The notes under the pieces: model-generated | What the model was told of the DNA's origin: nothing | Seen by the model: the letters and a program-made list of their open reading frames with translations, nothing else | Databases searched by the model: none | Program-made: the position numbers and the translations under genes | Assembly (NCBI GenBank): GCA_964573055.1 | Contig: CAZNIG010000018.1 | Span: 23,538-87,537 of the forward strand | Length of the DNA stretch: 64,000 bases | From: an uncultured Dehalococcoidia bacterium | GTDB taxonomy: Bacteria > Chloroflexota > Dehalococcoidia > Lucifugimonadales > UBA2985 | Reading direction: 5' to 3' | Shown here: in pieces, positions 49,715 to 57,680 of the stretch | Position numbering within the stretch: position 1 is the first letter of the stretch | Layout: each line of letters begins with the position of its first letter

Positions 49715-50191
49715 ATGATGATTAACCAGTACTCTTTTGTCGGCTTCGGACTAGCGTTATTAATAATAGCTGGATTTTTCAGCTGGCGACTTATAGGTTT
49801 AAAAATTGCCATACCGATAGTACTAATATCTGCGTTAATACTTGTCATATCTCAATCAATGCTAAGTACCAAGCAAAACCCATACACCAACCTAGAAGTA
49901 TTAAATGAATCCGTTAATTCAGGCAAGCCGTCATTGCTGGTATTCTACTCAGATTTTTGACTTGCCTGCCTTGCTGCCAAGCCTGTAGTTGACAGGCTAG
50001 AAAAGAACCTAGGAAACGGATTCCTTGTAATAAGAATCAATGTTGGATCAGAACTCGGTAGGCAAGCAAGAAAACAATATGGAACAGGAGTTGTTCCCAC
50101 CTTCATATTACTGGATAAATACGGTAACCAAGTATTGAAGCAAAGCGGTGTTGTTCCTAGCCTATCTACGATCGTCTCTCTAGGACTTTAG
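49715..50191 (+). CDS. membrane-anchored thioredoxin-fold protein with an in-frame UGA (candidate selenocysteine, U-L-A-C redox motif)
   Basis: The ORF track stops at TGA 49958-49960 (codon 82), but the same frame stays open to TAG 50189-50191. The joined product has two TM helices and 'KPSLLVFYSDF-U-LAC...' followed by the cis-Pro motif 'GVVPTFILLD' 46 residues after U. A SECIS-like hairpin lies downstream of the UGA. Confidence 0.7.
49980..49998 (+). other. candidate bacterial SECIS hairpin
   Basis: AGCCUGU-AGUUG-ACAGGCU forms a 7-bp stem with a 5-nt apical loop containing GUU. The loop starts 26 nt after the UGA. Confidence 0.55.
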
Positions 50192-50268
50192 CTTACTATG
50201 CTAGTATATTGTCTATGTATCCCTAACAATGCCACAATTTATTAACTAACACTGGTACATACATCTAC

Positions 50269-50898
50269 ATGAACACGGAAAACAATAACCAGTCAAACCC
50301 AATCGAGGCCGCCGGCTTTCTTCATGAGGCCCTTCGCACAGCAGCGAACCAAGTAAAACAAATATCCGATCAACTCGGAACCGTACATAGTCTGCAAGGA
50401 TTGACATTAGCCTTTACTAACTGGGTCACGGTATTAATATTCAACATGACCCAACAGGAAAATCATGTAGAACCATCCTTGCGAGACGCTTTATCTAAAG
50501 CAACCAGCAATGAAGATCAAAAGAACGGTAGCATAATATTGGCGCTCTCGAGGGTGGGCCGCCAAGAACAAATGCAGACGATAGAAGATGTGTTCTCTGT
50601 TCTTTACGGTGAAATCGGGGATACCAGCCTAATCACCAGAACAACCCAGCACCTTCAACGACAGATATTAGCTATGGAGATGGCTCAAACGAACAATCTT
50701 GAAACCCAGGACCTCTTAATGATACCGATTCTAGCCAATAGGATGGATAGGTTTGATCAGCTGTCGCTCATCAAAAATCTTCTGATCGACGAACAATCTG
50801 ATAATCGCAGATGGATAGTAGAGTGGATATCGGAAAATTCAAATCCTATCAGCAAATCTGCCTTAGCTGAAATTGAAAGCCAGTTAGCTGATATATAG
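50269..50898 (+). CDS. hemerythrin-like domain protein, degenerate paralogue
   Basis: 209 aa, paralogous to the next gene ('LLIDEQSDNRRWIVEWISE' versus 'LLIDSESENPRWIIDWLFSE'). Several His/Glu ligand positions appear to be substituted. Confidence 0.5.
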   Translation: MNTENNNQSNPIEAAGFLHEALRTAANQVKQISDQLGTVHSLQGLTLAFTNWVTVLIFNMTQQENHVEPSLRDALSKATSNEDQKNGSIILALSRVGRQEQMQTIEDVFSVLYGEIGDTSLITRTTQHLQRQILAMEMAQTNNLETQDLLMIPILANRMDRFDQLSLIKNLLIDEQSDNRRWIVEWISENSNPISKSALAEIESQLADI

Positions 50899-50916
50899 CT
50901 CTGTAGAGGCAACAAT

Positions 50917-51609
50917 ATGATTGACAACCAGAACCACTTGGACCACCCAATTGACATTATGTACCTATTCCACAAGGCATTCATGATTCACTCTGTCAGA
51001 ACTGAAAATCTAGCTAAAGACAGTGTCGAAGGAGGTGACCTCCGCAGTTTCAAGAATTCTTTCGAGCAATGGGCAAAGCTATTTAGATATCACGTTGACA
51101 CTGAAGACAAGTACATGACTACCCCTCTTGCAGAAAGCCAATATGCGAGGCGAAACGAGACCGAGCATGAAGAACTACGAGAAGGAGCTAGAAATGTTGA
51201 AGGTATCTTATCTGCTGGAGATACCTTTGGCCTATCGAGATATGTGAATTCAGTTATGCAAGCCTTAGACGAAGAACAGCATGAAGAGATATCTTGGAGT
51301 ATGCAGGAAGTCGAAGAATACCTCAAACAAGCGATTGGAGAAGAACGGGTGACAGCAAGAACCAGAAGGCATCTTTATGGAAAAGTAATGGCCTTGCGCA
51401 TGCTCGAGTTCGACCACTTTGAAAACGAAGAAGCTTTCGTGGTAACTGAGGTGAGAGAACATTTGACCGTTCATCAGCAGATGGAAATAGCCAGGCATCT
51501 TCTTATTGATAGTGAATCTGAAAACCCAAGATGGATAATTGATTGGTTATTCAGCGAACTAGATGCTGGCGATCGCGAAATAATTTCTAGTCTAGAGTCC
51601 CAATTCTAG
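50917..51609 (+). CDS. hemerythrin-like (HHE cation-binding) domain protein
   Basis: 230 aa with 'PIDIMYLFHKAF', 'FRYHVDTEDKYM', 'ETEHEELRE' and 'FDHFENEEAFV', which are H/E-rich four-helix-bundle motifs. Confidence 0.6.
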   Translation: MIDNQNHLDHPIDIMYLFHKAFMIHSVRTENLAKDSVEGGDLRSFKNSFEQWAKLFRYHVDTEDKYMTTPLAESQYARRNETEHEELREGARNVEGILSAGDTFGLSRYVNSVMQALDEEQHEEISWSMQEVEEYLKQAIGEERVTARTRRHLYGKVMALRMLEFDHFENEEAFVVTEVREHLTVHQQMEIARHLLIDSESENPRWIIDWLFSELDAGDREIISSLESQF

Positions 51610-51640
51610 ACCAATATATGTACTTCGAGGAGAATACCCT

Positions 51641-52432
51641 ATGACACTAAATGTTATGGTGATGGTCAAACAGGTCATTGACCCAGACATCCAGATATCC
51701 GGCTTAAACCTAGACCAAGAAACTCTTACCGTATCTGCTTCAAGCAACTCCCCATCGGTTGTAAACGGCTACGATGAACAAGCAGTAGAAGCCGCATTAC
51801 GTCTAAAAGATACACAAGACACTCACATCACTGCAATATCCATAGGGACTAAGTTCGCGATGGACGTAATAAAGAAACCATTATCCATGGGTTGCGACGA
51901 ACTTGTCCTACTTCAGGATCCATTATTCGAGAATCTAGACAGCTTCGGAATAGCGCAACTATTGGCTACGGCCATCGGCAACCTAGGACATTTTGACCTA
52001 ATTCTTGGTGGACGTCAGGCTTCAGATTGGGATAATGCACAGGTGCCGTCTGGAGTGTCTGAGATCTTAGGCATACCGTGTATAACCATGGCGAAGGATG
52101 TGAAGATATCGCAATCAAAAGTAAGGGTTGAGAGGGTGATTCCAGACGGTTCCGAGGTAGTAGAAACAGATCTACCTTCAGTTGTTATAGTAAGCAACGA
52201 ACTTGGCAAACCAAGGTTTCCAACCATCACAAACATTATGGCCGCAGCGCGGAAAACACCAAAAATAGTCACAGCTCAAGACTTAGATTTCCAATTCTAT
52301 GCGCCACAAGTTAAGATAACCGATCTCTATATTCCAGTCACAGATAAAGATTGTGAATTTATAGAGAGCGAAGACGAAGGGGACTTGGGCCGAAAGCTTG
52401 CACTTACACTAAGAGAAGCAAAACTAATATAG
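51641..52432 (+). CDS. etfB: electron transfer flavoprotein beta subunit
   Basis: 263 aa with 'VMVKQVIDPD' and 'LILGGRQASDWDNAQV' motifs. Confidence 0.85.
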   Translation: MTLNVMVMVKQVIDPDIQISGLNLDQETLTVSASSNSPSVVNGYDEQAVEAALRLKDTQDTHITAISIGTKFAMDVIKKPLSMGCDELVLLQDPLFENLDSFGIAQLLATAIGNLGHFDLILGGRQASDWDNAQVPSGVSEILGIPCITMAKDVKISQSKVRVERVIPDGSEVVETDLPSVVIVSNELGKPRFPTITNIMAAARKTPKIVTAQDLDFQFYAPQVKITDLYIPVTDKDCEFIESEDEGDLGRKLALTLREAKLI

Positions 52433-52540
52433 AATCCCAATATACAGTTCATAAAAACACCCGCCAAGCCAATAGTAATACGACTACTCTATTGGTTAAA
52501 GCGATATAGCTGATGAGATCAGCTAGAGTATGGGGGCACA

Positions 52541-53542
52541 ATGGAAAACACTAATGGAATCCTTGTAATAGGAGAAATAGGTGAAGGGAAACTGGCCGCT
52601 GTTTCAAGAGAAGCGCTGGCTTGTGCTCGCAAGTTAGCAGAGCAATCACAATCTCATGTCGCGATAGCTATCCTTGGTAAAGATTTACAATCTATAGCAA
52701 TTGAAGCTATAGCATTTGGAGCGGACAAAGTTTACCTTGTTGATGAAACCTTTCTGGAGGATTTTCAAGTCGAGATTCATCTCTCAGTTCTAGAAAACGT
52801 GGTTAGGGATCACAATCCACAAATAATCATATCCAGTAAAACAAATATAGGCCGCGACCTGGCTCCTAGACTGGCTTTCAGATTAGGCACTGGCCTAATG
52901 CAAGACTGCATAGATCTCTGGATTGACCAAGACTCTGGTACACTTTCTGGCTCCCGCCCAGTGTTTGGCGGTAACTTCATAGCAACTATTACAGGAGTAT
53001 CCCCCAGACAAGTAGCCGCAATAAGGAGCAAGGTCATAGAAGAACTGGAGCCAGACCATGAAAGAAAAGGCGAGATAGTCAACCACGCTACCCCAATAGA
53101 CCCTGCTGCAGTGGCAAAAACTAGCCTGATAAGCCGAGTGAAAGAGGAGTCTAAAGGGATAAAAATAGAAGAAGCTGCAATAGTAGTTGGAGGTGGACGG
53201 GGATTGGGAGGCCCTGAGGCTTTCGAACAATTAGAGGTCTTGGCAAACTTACTAGGTGGAGCGGTAGGTGCATCAAGAGCAGTTTGCGACGCTGGCTGGA
53301 TGTCTACTGCACATCAGATAGGATTGACCGGCAAGACCATTACGCCAGACCTATATATAACTGTAGGCATATCTGGAGCTATCCAGCATATGGCTGGTTG
53401 CGACAGGTCTAAAGTAATCGTCGCAATTAATCAAGACAAACGTGCCAACATATTCGATTCCGCCAGATACGGAGTAGTAGGAGATTGGAACACTATATTG
53501 CCAAGCTTCATAGAGGAAGTACGAAGACTGGTTGAAACATAG
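52541..53542 (+). CDS. etfA: electron transfer flavoprotein alpha subunit
   Basis: 333 aa with a C-terminal FAD-binding region: 'VVGGGRGLGGPE', 'GASRAVCDAGW', 'QIGLTGKTITPDLYITVGISGAIQHMAG'. Confidence 0.85.
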   Translation: MENTNGILVIGEIGEGKLAAVSREALACARKLAEQSQSHVAIAILGKDLQSIAIEAIAFGADKVYLVDETFLEDFQVEIHLSVLENVVRDHNPQIIISSKTNIGRDLAPRLAFRLGTGLMQDCIDLWIDQDSGTLSGSRPVFGGNFIATITGVSPRQVAAIRSKVIEELEPDHERKGEIVNHATPIDPAAVAKTSLISRVKEESKGIKIEEAAIVVGGGRGLGGPEAFEQLEVLANLLGGAVGASRAVCDAGWMSTAHQIGLTGKTITPDLYITVGISGAIQHMAGCDRSKVIVAINQDKRANIFDSARYGVVGDWNTILPSFIEEVRRLVET

Positions 53543-53554
53543 GAGGACGCTGGA

Positions 53555-53794
53555 ATGAAAGTAATAGAAGTTTACGGAACCGAATGGTGCGGCGATTGTA
53601 AGAGGGCAAAAAAAGTCCTTGATGAACGCGACGTCGATTATAACTGGACAGACATAGACAAAGAACCGAAATTGATGGAATACGTCAAACAACTCAACAA
53701 TGGTAAAAGTATAGTTCCAACCATCGTGTTCCCCGACGGCTCTATCCTAGTAGAACCAAGCAATGTACAACTGATAGAAAAGCTGAACCTGTAA
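53555..53794 (+). CDS. glutaredoxin-fold protein, mycoredoxin-like (CGDC motif)
   Basis: 79 aa with 'YGTEWCGDCKRAK' and 'NNGKSIVPTIVFPDGSILVEPS'. It resembles mycoredoxin-1/NrdH-like small redoxins and starts 12 nt after etfA. Confidence 0.7.
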   Translation: MKVIEVYGTEWCGDCKRAKKVLDERDVDYNWTDIDKEPKLMEYVKQLNNGKSIVPTIVFPDGSILVEPSNVQLIEKLNL

Positions 53795-53927
53795 ACTCTA
53801 TCCTAGACCCGGATATCTGCTGGACACAATACCTTCATAGTAAAGCAGTTGTGCATTAGTTTTGCTTATACAAGACTCAAGGCAATTGTGGCCTTTTCGA
53901 AAACAAACACACTAAGCTTCATTGGCT

Positions 53928-55172
53928 TTAAGCATTATCAGCCTGATCCTCTATGGCATTAATTCTCTCAAGTAGAGGCGGATGCGAATAATGTAACACC
54001 ACGAACAATGGATGCGGCGAGAGGTTAGACAAATTATTCGCCGCCAATTTTTTTAAGCCAGATACCAGGACAGACCGATCAACAGTAGTTTGCACAGCCC
54101 ATCGATCGGCTTCATATTCGTGCCTCCTCGAGACCAATTGCATCAATGGAGATATAACCAGTTCTATAGGAGTCATCAATAAACCGAAGAAAACAATACT
54201 GGCATAAATTGAAGTGTTGTCCATAAAGAATGCCTCGAATAATAATTTATTCTCGATCATTAAAGATAGCAAGAATAAAACTGCGCCAGTGTGCAAGATA
54301 CCCAGTAACAGCCCATATACAACATGGCGTTTCTTATTGTGCCCAACCTCGTGTGCTATGACTGATACAATCTCATCTACGCTCAATTGATCCACCAAGG
54401 TGTCAAAAAGGGCTATACGTTTGGTTTTCCCGAACCCTGTGAAAAAGGCGTTGGAATGGGCACTTCTTTTGGATCCATCGATAATATAAATGTTGCCAAA
54501 CTTGAAATCTACGTTTTTTGCATATTCGACTATCCTCTCCCTCAATATCCCTGGTTGCAGTAACGTAAATTTATTGAACAGCGGCATGATCCATACTGGT
54601 ACTACTACTGATAAAACTAAAGATACTAAAGTTACAAAACCCCAAACATATAGCCAGGCAACGGAACCCATATACTCGAAAAAGTAAAGAACTCCTGATA
54701 AAAGTGGTACACCAATAACCACCGAGAGTAATACCGCCTTTAATGTATCCAATACATAAGTCAGATATGTAGTTTTGTTGAACCCAAACCTTTCTTCAAT
54801 GACAAAAGTCGAATAAAGATCAAAAGGTAGATTGGATATAAAAATCACTACTGAGATTATACCTATAAAGGTGACCCCACTAGATATTTCGTTCCAACCG
54901 ATTAAGCGGGATAACTCATCTACATAATTGAACCCCCCAATTAGCCAAAACATTAACAGCATTACCAATCCCTTCAAGCTAGAAACTAAACCAAAACGAG
55001 ATCTTACCCGCGTATATTCCTGGGATCTGGAATATTCATCTATCGCGAATACATCTTCAAGCTCATCTGGGGGGGTCGATCTTAGTTGCCTTAAATTCAG
55101 GATTGTTGAAAAAAGGCCGATAAAATAGTCAAGCAGAAGTGCTACAAAGATTATCCAGAAAATACCGTTCAT
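53928..55172 (-). CDS. M48-family (Ste24/HtpX-like) membrane zinc metalloprotease
   Basis: 414 aa, multi-TM, with 'HEVGHNKKRH' (HExxH) and a distal 'HEYEADRW'. Confidence 0.8.
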   Translation of the reverse strand: MNGIFWIIFVALLLDYFIGLFSTILNLRQLRSTPPDELEDVFAIDEYSRSQEYTRVRSRFGLVSSLKGLVMLLMFWLIGGFNYVDELSRLIGWNEISSGVTFIGIISVVIFISNLPFDLYSTFVIEERFGFNKTTYLTYVLDTLKAVLLSVVIGVPLLSGVLYFFEYMGSVAWLYVWGFVTLVSLVLSVVVPVWIMPLFNKFTLLQPGILRERIVEYAKNVDFKFGNIYIIDGSKRSAHSNAFFTGFGKTKRIALFDTLVDQLSVDEIVSVIAHEVGHNKKRHVVYGLLLGILHTGAVLFLLSLMIENKLLFEAFFMDNTSIYASIVFFGLLMTPIELVISPLMQLVSRRHEYEADRWAVQTTVDRSVLVSGLKKLAANNLSNLSPHPLFVVLHYSHPPLLERINAIEDQADNA

Positions 55173-55265
55173 ATTATCTCTTCTCCTCGAAACAGCCAGA
55201 GGGATCCAGACTTATCTTACCCTATCCGGTTACTAAAGTAACATGATCAGTTCCCCTTGCCATTC

Positions 55266-56516
55266 TCACATGACTTTATTATCTGGTGGGTCACCTAAGT
55301 CTGGATCCCTCAGTGCAGAATGGAATATACCAATCGCTCCTACCAACAAGGCACATGATACAGCCCCAATTGCCACTGCCAAAGGTGCGCCAAATACAGC
55401 AGCCAGAGCGCCACTGAGGGTGTACCCCAGTGGCGGAGCACCCCCAGCCATCATACTTCGAAAAGCCTCCACCCGCCCTCTAAGGGCATCTGGAGAAATC
55501 GACAAAATCACTGAGTTACGTGGGATCATTTGTATAGAATTCGTCATCCCCAGAAGAGCCCCGGCAAATAGGCTAAGAAAGAAGAACTGAGAGGCTGCCA
55601 ATACTACTAAAGACGCGCTGTAGGCTAATACTCCGAACACTGTATAGAGACCTTTGTATCTCATGTCACCCAAGGCGAGCATAAAACCAGCGCCAATTAT
55701 GCTACCTAAGCCTGGAGCGGCCGTAAGTAATCCAAAACCAGCAGCACCTGCTCCCAGAGCTTCTGCAAAAATTGGCAACAGCGCCCTGTAACTCCCTAAA
55801 GCTGTAGCCCCCACGTCAAGAAGCAAGAGGGAAATGATCACTGGTCGGCTACGAACAAACACCATGCCCTGTATAAAACTTTGCCAAGGACTGTCATTGG
55901 TTTGAGGTGGGACACTGGCCATACGTATTCCCACAATTGCCAACATTGCCGCAATGTGCAAAACGCCGCTAATCAGATAGGATAGCTCCAAGCCTACAAC
56001 AGCGATCGTCACGCCTGCAATGGCCGGTCCGATAATCTGAGACGTTTGCCCAATAGTCGCGTTGAGCGCTACTGCATTAACCAGGTTCTTTTGTGGAACT
56101 AAACTTGGGATTAAAGCAGTTCTAGCAGGCTGAGTAACAGCGGTAAACGCGCTGTTCAGGAGAGTGACGGCATAAAGATGCCAAACTTCGACCAGGTTTG
56201 TGACAACCAATATTGCTAGCATAATTAGTAAGACAGCATTGGCAGCCTGACCAGCCTGGATAAGATACACACGGTTAACACGGTCGGCGATAACACCTCC
56301 AACCAGTGACAGAACAACATGTGGAGCTGCTCGTGCAAGCCCGCTTAAGCCTAGAAGCAAAGCGCTGCCAGTCATTTCGTACACTTGCCAAAGTATAGAA
56401 GTTTGAAGTAGTTGTACTCCTAAAGACGTCAGAAGAAGCGAGGCGGCAAACCTGCGAAAGCCACCATATGTCAAAGAACTAAGAGCGCGGTTTAAGCCAG
56501 ATTGATGCTGGGCCAT
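55266..56516 (-). CDS. MFS transporter (EntS / MFS_3-like, possible siderophore exporter)
   Basis: 416 aa with 12 TM helices and 'GGVIADRVNR'. It lies downstream of the DtxR-family regulator on the same strand. Confidence 0.7.
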   Translation of the reverse strand: MAQHQSGLNRALSSLTYGGFRRFAASLLLTSLGVQLLQTSILWQVYEMTGSALLLGLSGLARAAPHVVLSLVGGVIADRVNRVYLIQAGQAANAVLLIMLAILVVTNLVEVWHLYAVTLLNSAFTAVTQPARTALIPSLVPQKNLVNAVALNATIGQTSQIIGPAIAGVTIAVVGLELSYLISGVLHIAAMLAIVGIRMASVPPQTNDSPWQSFIQGMVFVRSRPVIISLLLLDVGATALGSYRALLPIFAEALGAGAAGFGLLTAAPGLGSIIGAGFMLALGDMRYKGLYTVFGVLAYSASLVVLAASQFFFLSLFAGALLGMTNSIQMIPRNSVILSISPDALRGRVEAFRSMMAGGAPPLGYTLSGALAAVFGAPLAVAIGAVSCALLVGAIGIFHSALRDPDLGDPPDNKVM

Positions 56517-56698
56517 TAGATATTATTACAGGTCATAAAATGTGCACTAGAGTGGCGAGTAGTTGGCTAAACCAACCTCACATGGCTCGCCTTTCCGAGT
56601 TACCCTATGGCCGCTCCTGGTTAACTTCTAACCTTTGGGATATAGGGTCAGCATAAAAACCTTTTATTAAAGATGCTCCGCTAATTTATCCCTACAGA

Positions 56699-57421
56699 CT
56701 AAGATTTACTGACCGATATACGCTTGGCAACAACATAGCCCAGCGAACTTTCTCCTGCGTCAGTCTTGACCGTTATTATCCCCCTGCTCGGACTTGCTTC
56801 AACAACAAGAACATTCTTTTCAGGGAGAATTTTTTGCTCAACTAGAAATTTCAGCAGGGTCTGGTCTTCCTCAGGTACACGTTCCACTATATATGTACTT
56901 CCAGATTTCGCCTGATCAAGGAAGAATCTGTCCCTAGATGACGGCTGATATCCGCTACCAGGTATAGGTCCACCAAATGGGCAAGTGGTGGGATTACCAA
57001 GCTTATCTCTTATTAACTGTTCCATAACAGGAGATATGGCATGTTCGAGTCGATGTGCCTCCTCATGTGCCTTGTGGAGTTCCAAGCCAAATATATCTAC
57101 GACCATTCGCTCAGCAAGCCTATGCCGCCTTACCATGTCTTCCGCCTCTATCAAGCCGGTATTTGTCAGCTTGACTTGCTTGTCAGTCGTAAGTTCGACA
57201 AGCCCTTCCTTTGCCATTCTCCGAACCATACCAAGGACAGAAGGCAAGCTCGTCCCCAACCCTTCACCTGCAGGTAAACCTCGTAAATGCTCGGCCAAGT
57301 GACCCGCGGTCGCGGTCATCCCTTCTTCCCTGAGTACGTAAAGAGATAGAAGGTAGTTTTCCGCTACCTGAGACAACTTGTCTGAAACTTGCTTAGTGGA
57401 TCCAATACGCTCTTGATTCAT
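56699..57421 (-). CDS. DtxR/IdeR/MntR-family metal-dependent transcriptional regulator with a C-terminal FeoA/SH3-like domain
   Basis: 240 aa with a winged HTH ('ENYLLSLYVL...TATAGHLAEHL'), the metal-site region 'HRLAERMVVD...HEEAHRLEH', and a C-terminal 'YIVERVPEED'. Confidence 0.8.
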   Translation of the reverse strand: MNQERIGSTKQVSDKLSQVAENYLLSLYVLREEGMTATAGHLAEHLRGLPAGEGLGTSLPSVLGMVRRMAKEGLVELTTDKQVKLTNTGLIEAEDMVRRHRLAERMVVDIFGLELHKAHEEAHRLEHAISPVMEQLIRDKLGNPTTCPFGGPIPGSGYQPSSRDRFFLDQAKSGSTYIVERVPEEDQTLLKFLVEQKILPEKNVLVVEASPSRGIITVKTDAGESSLGYVVAKRISVSKS

Positions 57422-57492
57422 TGCTCTCCTACGTAGACAGCATAGCCTCGCTTAATCTATTGAGTCAAGCCAGACCTACCTCAACAGTCTTT

Positions 57493-57512
57493 ATGCGAAA
57501 AGGAATTCGCAT
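57493..57512. promoter_or_regulatory. 20-bp palindrome ATGCGAA-AAGGAA-TTCGCAT, candidate operator
   Basis: Two 7-bp perfect inverted arms separated by a 6-nt spacer. It abuts the candidate -35 element in the regulator / Fe-ABC divergent spacer. Confidence 0.35.
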
Positions 57513-57515
57513 GCA

Positions 57516-57544
57516 TTGACTTCATTAACAGTGTGTGCTATTAC
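57516..57544 (+). promoter_or_regulatory. candidate promoter TTGACT-17 nt-TATTAC for the Fe(III) ABC operon
   Basis: Hexamers at 57516-57521 and 57539-57544, followed by a very AT-rich 130-nt leader. Confidence 0.3.
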
Positions 57545-57680
57545 TATCAGGGTTAGTATATACATATTTATTTCATTTGCATTTATAACGATGTTTAATT
57601 ATCATATAGATATTGCGATACATAAGTACATACGATCTTTTTGAAAAAAGCAGCAATTATCAAAATACAGAGGAGAGACA

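Noticed and set aside
52476-52495. TAATACGACTACTCTATTGG resembles the phage T7 promoter (TAATACGACTCACTATAGGG).
   Set aside because: Only the first 10 nt are identical, and the critical -5 to +1 region diverges. There is no phage context, and the segment is simply the loop and 3' arm of a hairpin. It is judged a coincidence.
57547-57563. A DtxR/IdeR-box-like sequence, TCAGGGTTAGTATATAC.
   Set aside because: Only the left half resembles TTAGGTTAG, and with an extra G. The right half shows no symmetry, so I do not call it an operator.
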